IMG/VR virus record: IMGVR_UViG_3300029581_000014
Reading direction: 5' to 3' (one strand)
DNA length: 59,677 bases
Source of the DNA: a virus
A program made the position numbers and the translations under genes. The notes under the pieces are model-generated. The model searched no databases and was not told where the DNA came from. It saw only the letters and a list, made by a program, of their open reading frames with translations. The stretch's first letter is position 1, and each line of letters begins with the position of its first letter. Positions 1-8,563 of the stretch are shown here, in pieces.

Positions 1-99
1 GCAGATAAAACGGCATATAGTAGTCGCACGGAATTTTCATACCGATATAAGCCTTGGATTTTATATCTTCCGGCAAATTGTCTATGCACATGGGTTCCA
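1..99. repeat. 99-bp exact terminal direct repeat, copy 1 (identical to 59579..59677); circular-closure overlap
   Basis: Bases 1-99 (gcagataaaacggcatatag...atgggttcca) recur exactly as the last 99 bases of the window. Confidence 0.95.
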
Positions 100-550
100 C
101 AGAGTTTGTGGTTGCGATAATTCCATTCATAAGTTGTGGATTAAGGACAGAAATATACTTGTGCGATTTTTCAATACTGGAATAGATTTTATCTTGGTGA
201 CGTATGAAGTAACGGATAAGGTACAGAGAGTGTTCCGGCAGACTGCGGCATATCTTGACAGATTCTAACATCTTATCTTCCATAGTACCACAGCCTACCA
301 GTTCATCTACGCTGATTCCAAAGGCTCTAGCAAGCGCAACAGCGGTCGATAGCTTTGTGTCGTTAGAATTACCGTACAGTAGTGAATTAAGCGTAGAATA
401 AGGCAAATTAGCTTCATCTGCAAGCTTGTACACTGTCATGTCCGGCTCATTGAGAAATTCGTGGAGATTCCCACGAAAACTTAACATATAATTTGCACGG
501 TTGACTGATAGATGTGTCGAAATTTCTTTGATTCGGTCTTTTTTCATCAT
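1..550 (-). CDS. CI/LexA-like repressor, N-terminal XRE-HTH part; the gene wraps the contig junction and continues at 59337..59578
   Basis: A minus-strand ORF starts at ATG 550 (SD ggggga 8 nt upstream) and runs off base 1. Through the 99-bp overlap it joins in frame with the 59337.. ORF (242+550=792 nt, 263 aa). HTH segment 'MTVYKLADEANLPYSTLNSLL'. Confidence 0.8.
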   Translation of the reverse strand, partial: MMKKDRIKEISTHLSVNRANYMLSFRGNLHEFLNEPDMTVYKLADEANLPYSTLNSLLYGNSNDTKLSTAVALARAFGISVDELVGCGTMEDKMLESVKICRSLPEHSLYLIRYFIRHQDKIYSSIEKSHKYISVLNPQLMNGIIATTNSVEPMCIDNLPEDIKSKAYIGMKIPCDYYMPFYL

Positions 551-618
551 GTTTTTTATCCCCCTTTCACATGATACACTTGTAGCATCCCTTGAAACGA
601 GGGACATCAAGTTCTGGC

Positions 619-657
619 GAGGGCGGTGTTTATTGGCGTTTTCACCGTCCTCTTTTT
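619..657 (+). terminator. Terminator-like hairpin (gagggcggtg/caccgtcctc + TTTTT) inside the repressor 5' leader region
   Basis: A 10-bp stem with one G-T pair is followed by T5 on the plus strand. No plus-strand gene lies upstream. Confidence 0.4.
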
Positions 658-663
658 GTTGAT

Positions 664-692
664 ATTTTACAACAATAAAAAACGTGAGTCAA
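664..692 (-). promoter_or_regulatory. Candidate repressor promoter TTGACT-17-TAAAAT
   Basis: Read on the minus strand, about 115 nt upstream of the repressor ATG. Confidence 0.55.
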
Positions 693-699
693 ATATATA

Positions 700-728
700 T
701 TGATTGTTTAGAACGTATGTTCTATAAT
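700..728 (+). promoter_or_regulatory. Candidate rightward (lytic) promoter TTGATT-17-TATAAT
   Basis: Near-consensus hexamers with a 17-bp spacer, back to back with the repressor promoter. Confidence 0.6.
709..724. promoter_or_regulatory. Palindrome TAGAAC-GTAT-GTTCTA (GAAC-N4-GTTC, Cheo/LexA-box type operator) in the spacer of the rightward promoter
   Basis: Perfect 6-bp arms. Matches the Gram-positive LexA box pattern GAAC-N4-GTTC. Confidence 0.55.
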
Positions 729-771
729 GTAATGTATCGCTACCAAGTGCGGAAAGATTAGGGGGTGTACT

Positions 772-879
772 ATGGGGAAAGAAGATTACAAAGAGGAAAT
801 CACAAAGCTAATTAATGCTTGCGATAATTTACACTGGTTAGAGTGTATTTATGCCTATGTTAAAAAACTACTTAAATAA
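772..879 (+). CDS. Small hypothetical protein (35 aa), first gene of the rightward transcript
   Basis: ATG 772 is preceded by SD taggggg. Not in the track (under 60 aa). Translation MGKEDYKEEITKLINACDNLHWLECIYAYVKKLLK. Confidence 0.5.
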   Translation: MGKEDYKEEITKLINACDNLHWLECIYAYVKKLLK

Positions 880-883
880 AGGG

Positions 884-920
884 AAAAAGCCAAGGACTTG
901 CGCATTGCCCTTGGCTTTTT
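884..920. terminator. Hairpin aaaaagccaagg/ccttggcttttt, bidirectional terminator between convergent genes
   Basis: A 12-bp stem flanked by an A-run and a T-run. Confidence 0.65.
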
Positions 921-921
921 C

Positions 922-1290
922 TTATTCGTTTTTTTTTGCGATTGAATCAATCAACTTTTCCAAAGCGTTCCATCCATCTTCGTCCAAGTTGGCCAGTGCG
1001 GATACAAGACGGTGCTTAAATGTATCTTCACCGGACTTTTGAATTTCTCCGAGCATTTCCGAGATTTGTTCGTCTTTTGATTTCTGAACAAACATTTCAC
1101 CAGTTCCATTTCGGAGCCATTCTTCGTTTACATCAAACTCTCTGCAAATAGAAAGAATAACTGCATCAGTAGGAGTTCTCAGACCATTTTCATAATTAGT
1201 AATGGTATTTCCTTTTACACCGATTCTTTCTCCGAAATCAACTTGGGTTAAGCCGCTTTCTTTTCTTATTTTTTTAATACGGTCTTTCAA
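922..1290 (-). CDS. XRE-family HTH transcriptional regulator (second repressor-type protein)
   Basis: Track ORF with a TTG start and SD aaggaggtg 7 nt upstream. HTH segment 'SGLTQVDFGERIGVKGNTITNYENG'. Confidence 0.8.
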   Translation of the reverse strand: MKDRIKKIRKESGLTQVDFGERIGVKGNTITNYENGLRTPTDAVILSICREFDVNEEWLRNGTGEMFVQKSKDEQISEMLGEIQKSGEDTFKHRLVSALANLDEDGWNALEKLIDSIAKKNE

Positions 1291-1314
1291 AATATATCAC
1301 CTCCTTATGTGATA

Positions 1315-1343
1315 AATATATCAAAAAAAACTCTCAAAGTCAA
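1315..1343 (-). promoter_or_regulatory. Candidate promoter TTGACT-17-TATATT for the XRE gene
   Basis: Read on the minus strand directly upstream of the SD. Confidence 0.5.
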
Positions 1344-1352
1344 TATTTAGTA

Positions 1353-1381
1353 TTGCATTACAACTCTCGATGTGATATATT
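1353..1381 (+). promoter_or_regulatory. Candidate early promoter TTGCAT-17-TATATT
   Basis: Divergent from the XRE promoter and upstream of the 1416 gene. Confidence 0.4.
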
Positions 1382-1415
1382 AAACTCACGAAGTCAAGAA
1401 AAGAGAGGTGAGAAT

Positions 1416-1598
1416 ATGAAAAAGCCATATGGATTTGAAATTGATGGTACTAGCATGACTTTGTCTGACAGCGTAGAGTGCATGGCACTTATTATTGCAG
1501 AAGAATATTGTAAAGATGAGAAGAGAATCGAAGAAATACAGCAACGGTGTAAAATCCTCGATTCTCTCTCAATGGCACTACTGGCAGTTAAAAAATAG
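1416..1598 (+). CDS. Hypothetical protein (60 aa)
   Basis: Internal ATG of track ORF 1353..1598, with SD agagaggtg. Confidence 0.55.
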   Translation: MKKPYGFEIDGTSMTLSDSVECMALIIAEEYCKDEKRIEEIQQRCKILDSLSMALLAVKK

Positions 1599-1782
1599 TT
1601 CTTATATTTCGCATTGGATTGATAGCTGCTTCACATTTTGCCTGATCCGGTTTTTCTTCCGGCAAAGAATTGACGATTTCTGAATAGTATTGGTCGTACA
1701 GGTTCTTAAAATCATCAAAATTTCCGGTATATCCACAGATTTTAGCAATAGCGTAAGCGGATGCGTATTCTTTAGAATCCAA
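1588..1782 (-). CDS. Hypothetical protein (64 aa)
   Basis: Track ORF with a TTG start and SD aaggaggtg 6 nt upstream. Confidence 0.55.
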   Translation of the reverse strand: MDSKEYASAYAIAKICGYTGNFDDFKNLYDQYYSEIVNSLPEEKPDQAKCEAAINPMRNIRTIF

Positions 1783-1843
1783 ATTATTTCACCTCCTTAT
1801 TAAAAAGATAAGGAGAGTATATCACAAAAAGGAAGTGAATTGA

Positions 1844-1996
1844 ATGAGTGAAAAAGAGAAAAAAATCGTTGAGAAGTTAAAGAGAGCCATTCCGAATATG
1901 TCCGATTTCGACAAGGGATATATTCTCGGCAAGACAGAGAAGATGGCAGAGGAATCTGTTAAGAAGCAGGAGGAAGAAAATGCAAAGCCAGTTTGA
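1844..1996 (+). CDS. Hypothetical protein (50 aa)
   Basis: ATG with SD aaaggaag. Charged, helical-looking sequence. Under the track cutoff. Confidence 0.45.
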   Translation: MSEKEKKIVEKLKRAIPNMSDFDKGYILGKTEKMAEESVKKQEEENAKPV

Positions 1997-2132
1997 GAGA
2001 GAACTTCTCAAAACCTTAAAGAGCATTGACGGTACTCTGAAAAGAATTGAGAAGTCCATGAATGATGATGAGAAACAGCATATGACCATTTGTAATGCAG
2101 TTTCTCATGCAATGAAAGGAGAACATGAATGA
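1980..2132 (+). CDS. Hypothetical protein (50 aa)
   Basis: ATG is preceded by aggaggaagaaa inside the previous ORF, which suggests an overlapping, coupled gene. Confidence 0.45.
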   Translation: MQSQFERELLKTLKSIDGTLKRIEKSMNDDEKQHMTICNAVSHAMKGEHE

Positions 2133-2173
2133 AAAAATGGACTTACCGCCAGAAGAGAGATCTTCTTGACAAA

Positions 2174-2554
2174 TTAGAACCTTGGATCACTGCATTGGTT
2201 CAACTCATAAGTGCATTGGCTGGGGCGGCTGTCGGAATAGCTATCTGCTACTTTTTCTAAGTGGTATGTGGCAGTTGCAGTTATTAAAGCTACAACAAAC
2301 GGTATGAGTATATTTCTCAAAAATGAGAGAAATAAATGTTCTTTATAGAATCTTCCTTTTGAAGACAAAGTAAATGTGAACTTTTCACGATTTATGGATG
2401 AACTAACTATGGTGAAATATCCCTTTTCCTTTAAGGACAAAAATGCTTGGTAAACATCTTCACCATTGTAATTCCCTATTTCAGACAATGAAATGGAACA
2501 TTCAGAAGATTTTACAGTTTTCCTAAGTACTTTTCTTTCGATTTTGAGAAGCAT
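2174..2554 (-). CDS. Hypothetical protein with a C-terminal transmembrane segment (126 aa)
   Basis: Internal ATG (M33 of the track ORF) with SD ctggaggt. Hydrophobic stretch 'ILIPFVVALITATATY'. Confidence 0.5.
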   Translation of the reverse strand: MLLKIERKVLRKTVKSSECSISLSEIGNYNGEDVYQAFLSLKEKGYFTIVSSSINREKFTFTLSSKGRFYKEHLFLSFLRNILIPFVVALITATATYHLEKVADSYSDSRPSQCTYELNQCSDPRF

Positions 2555-2601
2555 ATGAAACCTCCAGTTTTTTAGAACATTATACCACAGAAAGGAGAAC
2601 A

Positions 2602-3384
2602 ATGAACGAATTACAAACATCAAACATGAAAACACCCATTGAGATTGCACTTGGTGTTGATGAAAACGGAATGACTACTGCAAGAGCGTTATACGAGTTT
2701 TTGAGCGGAGAAAAAAGTCATTTTGCAAGATGGGCGAAAACAAACATTGAGGAAAACGAGTTTTACGAGGAAAACAAGGACTGGTGGGGGTTCGCCACGA
2801 TGGCGAACGGTAACGAATGCAAGGATTACCGACTGACTACCGACTTTGCGAAACATCTGTCAATGGAAAGCCATTCTGCAAGGGGCAAAGAAGCAAGACA
2901 GTATTTTATCACCATAGAGGACAGGGCGAAGCAGGAAGTAATAAATCGGTCACAACTTTCTCCACAGATGCAAATGGTTATGTCACTGGCTGAGAGCATG
3001 GCACGACAGGAACTGGAACAGAAGAAACAAGCCGAACAGGTTCAGAAGCTGGAAAGTACAGTCACCAACATGAAAGAAATTTTCACAGAGCCTATCGGAG
3101 ACTGGAAAGCAGACATTAATGCAAAGGTACGCAATATTTCTGCAAAGAGCGGTATCGACTATCAGACACTTTACAATCAGATGTACGGTGAACTGGAAAA
3201 TGAAGCACATTGCGTTTTGGCAAGGCTTCAGAGCAATAAAATCAAGCGTATGGAAGATGCTGGTAACACTAAAACAGCTATCAAAGAGGGAACTACAAAG
3301 ATTGCGGTTATTTTTGACAATGCAAGACTGAGAGTAATCTTTGAGAATATCGTAAGGAGATACGCTATGAGGTATTGCGCATGA
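2602..3384 (+). CDS. Phage antirepressor-like protein (AntA/KilAC type)
   Basis: SD aaaggaga. N-terminal 'TARALYEFLSGEKSHFARWAKTNI...DYRLTTDFAKHLSM' resembles the AntA/AntB domain. Confidence 0.6.
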   Translation: MNELQTSNMKTPIEIALGVDENGMTTARALYEFLSGEKSHFARWAKTNIEENEFYEENKDWWGFATMANGNECKDYRLTTDFAKHLSMESHSARGKEARQYFITIEDRAKQEVINRSQLSPQMQMVMSLAESMARQELEQKKQAEQVQKLESTVTNMKEIFTEPIGDWKADINAKVRNISAKSGIDYQTLYNQMYGELENEAHCVLARLQSNKIKRMEDAGNTKTAIKEGTTKIAVIFDNARLRVIFENIVRRYAMRYCA

Positions 3385-3467
3385 GAAAAATAGTTGATGT
3401 TGTCCTTATGGTTTTCTTCTGGCTATTAGGAATATTCACGGGGGTGATCCTACTCTATGTTATATAG
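3381..3467 (+). CDS. Small hydrophobic peptide (28 aa)
   Basis: ATGA overlap with the stop of the previous gene. Translation MRKIVDVVLMVFFWLLGIFTGVILLYVI. Confidence 0.35.
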   Translation: MRKIVDVVLMVFFWLLGIFTGVILLYVI

Positions 3468-3652
3468 AGACAAAAGAATATTAAAGAAGAGAAATAAGAA
3501 CCGTTGTAAATCATATCCTTTAAAAATCAAAATAAAGTTTTGGTTTATTAGAAACGAGGAAATTCTATGGACGATATTTGTTTCTACTATAACCAGTTTA
3601 ATAGTCCAGTTAGCAATAAAATATTTGATATGAAAAGGAGATTGTGGATTTT

Positions 3653-4126
3653 ATGAGAACAACAATAAAGCTGTTTCTTCCTATTATAATAGCACTCTCC
3701 ATCACATTTACTTCCACGGCACAGACTAAAGGCTCATTTATTTCGGAAGAAGCACAGGAGATATGTGTCAAGTACGGTGAGGAATATGGCATCTGCCCGG
3801 AAATGCTTATGGCAATGATTGAGAAAGAATCGTCCGGCAGACCGGATGTGGAAAGCGGTGGTTGCAAAGGCCTGATGCAGATTTCTGACAGATGGCATAA
3901 AGACCGTATGGAGCGGTTGGGAGTAACGGACATCTACTCCGTAGACGGTAATGTCCATGTGGGAGCCGACTATTTGGCAGAATTGTTTGAAAAGTACTGT
4001 GATGTAGGAATTGTACTCATGGTTTATCACGGAGAGAAAAATGCAACGATTAAAACAGAATTAAGTGACTACGCAGACTGGATATTAACCAGGAGCGCAG
4101 AACTGGAAAGGATGAACGGAAAATGA
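3653..4126 (+). CDS. Secreted lytic transglycosylase (SLT domain)
   Basis: Signal-like N-terminus. Motifs 'IEKESSG' and 'GLMQI' are typical of the SLT catalytic core. Confidence 0.7.
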   Translation: MRTTIKLFLPIIIALSITFTSTAQTKGSFISEEAQEICVKYGEEYGICPEMLMAMIEKESSGRPDVESGGCKGLMQISDRWHKDRMERLGVTDIYSVDGNVHVGADYLAELFEKYCDVGIVLMVYHGEKNATIKTELSDYADWILTRSAELERMNGK

Positions 4127-4515
4127 AAAACAGAGAGAAGTATGCAGAACAGATTATTAATATGGCTGCAAATGACATTAAAATAACTGTTGATAAGGAA
4201 GGAAGATTGAGCGATTGCTTTTCTATTAATTGTCATGATTGCGCATGGAGAAGTTGCAACAACTGCAGAAAAAAATTTAGGGAATGGTTAGAACAGGAAT
4301 ATGTAGAACATGTTGTTGATTGGTCTAAAGTGCCTGTGGATACGAAGATTCTGGTGAGAGATTCAGAAGATGGACGGTGGGAAAAAAGACATTTCGCAAG
4401 ATACGAAAATAATATTGTTTTTGCATGGGACAGCGGTTGTACATCTTATTCTGCTAACGGATACTATAATGTTTCAACTTGGAAGTATGCCAAAATTGCG
4501 GAGGAAGATGTATGA
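4123..4515 (+). CDS. Hypothetical Cys-containing protein (130 aa)
   Basis: Track ORF with an ATGA overlap to the previous gene. Confidence 0.6.
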   Translation: MKNREKYAEQIINMAANDIKITVDKEGRLSDCFSINCHDCAWRSCNNCRKKFREWLEQEYVEHVVDWSKVPVDTKILVRDSEDGRWEKRHFARYENNIVFAWDSGCTSYSANGYYNVSTWKYAKIAEEDV

Positions 4516-4706
4516 GTGCCAAAAGGCGGTTTACAGTCAAAGGAGTAATCGGAAGATTCTTATTTAATCCTAAAGAGTGGAGAATTGACCGTGAAACATC
4601 CTTTTACTACCGACTGGTGAACCGTGAAACAGGAATGAAAAAATGGGTAAGAAAGGAGTATTTCCATGTTGAAGAAAGAAATTATCCCTATCGTCCGTGC
4701 AAATGA
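4512..4706 (+). CDS. Hypothetical protein (64 aa)
   Basis: ATG overlaps the stop of the previous gene. Same frame as track ORF 4479..4706. Confidence 0.5.
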   Translation: MSAKRRFTVKGVIGRFLFNPKEWRIDRETSFYYRLVNRETGMKKWVRKEYFHVEERNYPYRPCK

Positions 4707-4785
4707 GATTTTGATTGCAGGATTGTTAGATGCAGGAATCTTGTATATCGGAGATGATAATATGATTCACGCAACAGAAGATTGA
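4666..4785 (+). CDS. Small hypothetical protein (39 aa)
   Basis: SD aaaggag 8 nt upstream. Under the track cutoff. Confidence 0.35.
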   Translation: MLKKEIIPIVRANEILIAGLLDAGILYIGDDNMIHATED

Positions 4786-4804
4786 AATCCGGAGGAATGA
4801 GGAA

Positions 4805-5125
4805 ATGGAAAGGAAAATCAGAAAAATCTTGGTAGAACTGGGGCTGAAACAGTACTTGCCGGGATTCCAGTACATCATCGAGGTTGAAACGCTGATGTTT
4901 GAGAACCGAAACAGAAGACTTTCTGAAATCTACCGAATTATCGGCGAGGAACACAGTACAAAAGAAAAAAGTGTGTATCAGGCTATTAAGTGGGTAGTTG
5001 GCAATATTAACACAACAACAGAGTTGTACAAGAAAATCAACGAGACAGACAAGCCGGTATCAATCTATATGTTTGTAAATTCATTGTATTTGTATCTTTG
5101 GGAGGATAGGAAAAATGAGGATTAA
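4805..5125 (+). CDS. Stand-alone Spo0A C-terminal (DNA-binding) domain-like protein
   Basis: 'ILVELGLKQYLPGFQYIIEVETLMF...SVYQAIKWVV...DKPVSIYMFVNSL' parallels the Spo0A effector domain ([20 protein letters not shown]...RVERAIRHAI...KPTNSEFIA). There is no receiver domain. Confidence 0.6.
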   Translation: MERKIRKILVELGLKQYLPGFQYIIEVETLMFENRNRRLSEIYRIIGEEHSTKEKSVYQAIKWVVGNINTTTELYKKINETDKPVSIYMFVNSLYLYLWEDRKNED

Positions 5126-7058
5126 GCACATCTTTTTGCAGAATTTCTGTAAATTCTATGGCTATAACACACTGGACACAGATATTTACGACCGGACAGA
5201 GATTTCCGGAGCGAATGAAACTGGAAAGTCCACAATCAAGAGAGCAATCCAGCATATTTTTGGCTGCCGTGACGAGAACGGCAAAGAGATTAGCGGAATC
5301 AGACCGCATGACAAAGACGGTAACGACATTGACGGTGACATTACCGAAATGGTTACGGTGGAAGTAGACGGAGAAGAAAAGGTCCTGAAAAAGGTTTGTC
5401 GGAAGAATTACAACAAAAAAGGTGAGTTCACAGGAAATGTGACAGACTACTATATCAACGACATTCCTAAGAAACAGGCTGATTTTGACAGTTTTTTGGA
5501 AGAGTGTGCTTGTGATAAGAACAGATTTTCTCTTTGCATCAATGCCATGACACTGTTGCTTAAAGGCGGTACAGAGCAGAGAGCAATTCTTGCTGATATG
5601 TTTGGTCAGCACAGTAATGATGACATTTGCAATCAATTTCCGGAGTTTGAAGAATTAAGGGCTATTCTGCAGGACGGCACGGTTGATGAACTGAAAAAGC
5701 GTTGCAATACACAGTTATACGGTACAAGGGGAAGAAATGGAACCAAGGGCTTGCAGGACCTGTTAGATGAAATTCCGAGCCGTATCGATGAGGTGAGCCG
5801 TCAGAGAGTGGATATTGACCTTGCTGATCTGGAACTGAAAAAGAAAGCTTTACTGGATAAGCTGTCAGAGAACATTAAGCAGCAGACAGATACGCAGAAC
5901 AGCATGATTTCCTACGATAAGCTTTCTGATGGAATCATTGAGTTAAAAGGTCAGTTGAGCGCATTGCAGCAGAAAGCAAATGAAAAACTGGATGCGGACA
6001 GAAGAGAGAAGCGCACAACACTGAATCAGATTCAGAATGAGCATCAGAAGGAGTTGCTTAAGGCAGATACCATTCGTGAAGAGGTCACTGCACTGGAAAA
6101 GCGTATTGAACAGTATGAGCAGAAGAGACAGGATTTGAAGAAGAGTTGGGATTTGAATAAAAGCCTTAAATTTGATGAAAACTCTCTGATTTGCTCCTAC
6201 TGTGGACAGGAATATCCGGAAGAGAAGAAAGAGCAGTTAAGAACGGAGTTTGATACGCATAAGGCACATGAATTGGAACTGATTACTAAAGAGGGTTCTT
6301 CCTGCGCTGAACATATCAAAGCGGACCAGGCAGAACTGGAGCATAAGCGTGAGGAACTGAAAAAGACCGAGGATGAAGTTGAGCGGTTGGAAAAAGAGAT
6401 TGCCATTGCTGATAATGCCTTAAATTCCATTCCGGCAAGCGTGGATATTTCCAACACAGAAGAATACAAAGCTGTACAGTCACAGATTGCAGAGAAAGAA
6501 GCTTCCATGAACAAATTCACTGACATGAATCTTCTTAGATTCCAGTTAAAATGTGATGAAGAGCAGATACGCAAGGATATTTCCGTGGTTGATAAGTCTT
6601 TGGCGAGTGTAACCATTAACGAGAGTGTGGATAAGCGTATCACGGAACTGGAACAGGAGCGCAAGAACATTGCACAGAAGATTACGGATGTTCAGGCACA
6701 ACTTGACCTGTTAAAGAAATTCAGCCGGAAAAAGAATGAACTGTTGGAAGCTGATGTGAACAAGTATTTGGAGTTCTGCCACGTTAAGATGTTCAGACCG
6801 CTTGTGAACGGTGATACCGAGGAATGTTGCGACTTTATCTACAAGGGAGAACCGTACAGCCGGAACATGAACCACGGTGCAAAGATTCTGACGGAAATCG
6901 ACATTTGTAGAGCGTTTCAGAAGCGGTGCGGTGTGGAATTGCCTATCATGGTTGACGATACCGAGAGCCTTGACACTTGGAGAATACCGCAGATTGACAG
7001 CCAGTTGATTATGTTCCGCAGAAGTGATGACAAAGAGTTGAAAGTGAGGGAAATGTAG
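5115..7058 (+). CDS. SMC/Rad50/SbcC-like AAA ATPase with coiled coil
   Basis: Walker A 'GANETGKST', a long coiled coil with central 'CSYCGQEY' (hook-like CxxC), and C-terminal 'LPIMVDDTESLD' (Walker B). Confidence 0.7.
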   Translation: MRIKHIFLQNFCKFYGYNTLDTDIYDRTEISGANETGKSTIKRAIQHIFGCRDENGKEISGIRPHDKDGNDIDGDITEMVTVEVDGEEKVLKKVCRKNYNKKGEFTGNVTDYYINDIPKKQADFDSFLEECACDKNRFSLCINAMTLLLKGGTEQRAILADMFGQHSNDDICNQFPEFEELRAILQDGTVDELKKRCNTQLYGTRGRNGTKGLQDLLDEIPSRIDEVSRQRVDIDLADLELKKKALLDKLSENIKQQTDTQNSMISYDKLSDGIIELKGQLSALQQKANEKLDADRREKRTTLNQIQNEHQKELLKADTIREEVTALEKRIEQYEQKRQDLKKSWDLNKSLKFDENSLICSYCGQEYPEEKKEQLRTEFDTHKAHELELITKEGSSCAEHIKADQAELEHKREELKKTEDEVERLEKEIAIADNALNSIPASVDISNTEEYKAVQSQIAEKEASMNKFTDMNLLRFQLKCDEEQIRKDISVVDKSLASVTINESVDKRITELEQERKNIAQKITDVQAQLDLLKKFSRKKNELLEADVNKYLEFCHVKMFRPLVNGDTEECCDFIYKGEPYSRNMNHGAKILTEIDICRAFQKRCGVELPIMVDDTESLDTWRIPQIDSQLIMFRRSDDKELKVREM

Positions 7059-7059
7059 T

Positions 7060-7254
7060 ATGCCTGATTATGATTTGAACAAGAAAGTGCCGATATCCGC
7101 AGATGATCTTTCACGGGCTATTGTACGTGCCATGAAAACTGAACCGTTTGCAAGCACTATAAATGAAACATATGGAATAGAAAAAGTTTTCTTTGTATTT
7201 GGTGCAAGAGTAGGAAGTATCTTATTTGAGGAAAGGATAAGGGTGGAAAAGTAA
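7060..7254 (+). CDS. Hypothetical protein (64 aa)
   Basis: Track ORF with SD gagggaaa. Starts 2 nt after the previous stop. Confidence 0.55.
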   Translation: MPDYDLNKKVPISADDLSRAIVRAMKTEPFASTINETYGIEKVFFVFGARVGSILFEERIRVEK

Positions 7255-7536
7255 ATGCAGATTAAGAAAGAGACAGTAATTTCCGTTCTGACAACCAACG
7301 GTGAAACGATCAATGTCGGTGACACCGTGGTTTTTAACGCAGAGGGCAAATGCTACACGGGGGTTTACATGGGTCTGACAGACCGTGGAACCTTGAAATT
7401 TAAAGGCAAGATTTCCGGCACTGATGTCACATGGAACGTGATGCCTAAGAGCATTAAGGAAATTTGCAAGGCTGATGTAAAAATGAAAAATGATGAATTT
7501 GGCAAGTTTATGAACGAGCCGGAAAGTGAGGAATAA
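7255..7536 (+). CDS. Hypothetical protein (93 aa)
   Basis: Track ORF with SD ggtgga. Abuts the previous stop. Confidence 0.6.
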   Translation: MQIKKETVISVLTTNGETINVGDTVVFNAEGKCYTGVYMGLTDRGTLKFKGKISGTDVTWNVMPKSIKEICKADVKMKNDEFGKFMNEPESEE

Positions 7537-7540
7537 AGAT

Positions 7541-7687
7541 ATGAAAAAATATTTTATTGTTGCAAAAAGAGGGGTAGAGGTAACTTTGGAGAAGAACGGT
7601 GGTTTTTACTCTGTGTATGTTGACGGAAGATTGTACAAGAGAACTGCTAACGAGTTGTTTGCAGTGCAGGCATTTAACGAAATTTAG
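7541..7687 (+). CDS. Small hypothetical protein (48 aa)
   Basis: ATG lies 5 nt after the previous stop, with gtgaggaa upstream. Confidence 0.4.
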   Translation: MKKYFIVAKRGVEVTLEKNGGFYSVYVDGRLYKRTANELFAVQAFNEI

Positions 7688-7705
7688 GAAAGGCGGGAAT
7701 GAATC

Positions 7706-8563
7706 ATGAGAAAATTTAAGGTTGGAGATGTGGTTAAACCAAACAAAAAAGCAGATGAAAATTATACCATAACTACCACATCTGTTGTAAGAGAAGCCAT
7801 TGTTACAGAATTAAGAGACTATACGATGGATATAAAAATCATAAAAGGGTCATGCAGTGTTGGGGAAGTATTTACGGTTGAAGAAAAATATTTTGATTTG
7901 GTAAGAAAAGCAAAACAGGAAACCATTGTCATCTACCGCAACGACAACAAAGTAGTTGCACTGGACAAGACCACTGGCAAGAAAGCAGAAGCAAAATGCA
8001 ACCCGGCTGATGAATTTGATTTCCGGACTGGTGCTAAGTTGGCTTTCAACCGACTGATGGGTGAAGATGTAAAGACTGATATCGGTGTCCGTGAGGTGAA
8101 AAGAAAAGCTATAATTGGTGAGTACGTCAAAGTTGTTAATGCGAAACCTGCTATTCCTTCATATAAAAACGGAGATATTTTCAAAGTAACTTATGTTACG
8201 GCATCAGGATGTATTTGCAAAAACTCTGACGGAGATACTGGATTATGGCACGAAGAGTACGTTGTCCTTGAAAACTACAAACCGGAGAAAGAGCCGGAGA
8301 AGAAAGACGAAATCTGCGTGGGAGATGCCGTAAAGGTCACAGATGGCGGTAAACAGTACTACTTATACGATACATGGAGCGGTCTTGACGGATACAAACA
8401 GAATTTTGTAATGGGTTCTGATTTAAACAACGAATATGAATACAAGGTTTTAAGAATTAAAGAACATGATAAGCTTGCAAGGACTCTTGCACTGATTCAG
8501 AATCCCAAGACAACACAGGTATTTATCATTAACATTAAAGGGATTAAGAAAGTAGAAAGGTAG
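7706..8563 (+). CDS. Hypothetical protein (285 aa) with repeated 'VGD.VKV' SH3-like segments
   Basis: Track ORF in the recombination module. Confidence 0.6.
   Translation: MRKFKVGDVVKPNKKADENYTITTTSVVREAIVTELRDYTMDIKIIKGSCSVGEVFTVEEKYFDLVRKAKQETIVIYRNDNKVVALDKTTGKKAEAKCNPADEFDFRTGAKLAFNRLMGEDVKTDIGVREVKRKAIIGEYVKVVNAKPAIPSYKNGDIFKVTYVTASGCICKNSDGDTGLWHEEYVVLENYKPEKEPEKKDEICVGDAVKVTDGGKQYYLYDTWSGLDGYKQNFVMGSDLNNEYEYKVLRIKEHDKLARTLALIQNPKTTQVFIINIKGIKKVER

Noticed and set aside
1877-2089. 70-aa minus-strand track ORF.
   Set aside because: It is a hydrophobic, low-complexity shadow of two SD-preceded plus-strand small ORFs (1844..1996 and 1980..2132).
5037-5636. Long antisense ORFs in the track opposite large plus-strand genes, for example 5037..5636, 6197..6670, 12977..13564, 26884..27552, 42977..43615, 51360..51905 and 53238..53831.
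   Set aside because: They lack SD sequences, have odd low-complexity composition, and lie entirely within well-supported genes on the other strand. They are shadow ORFs.
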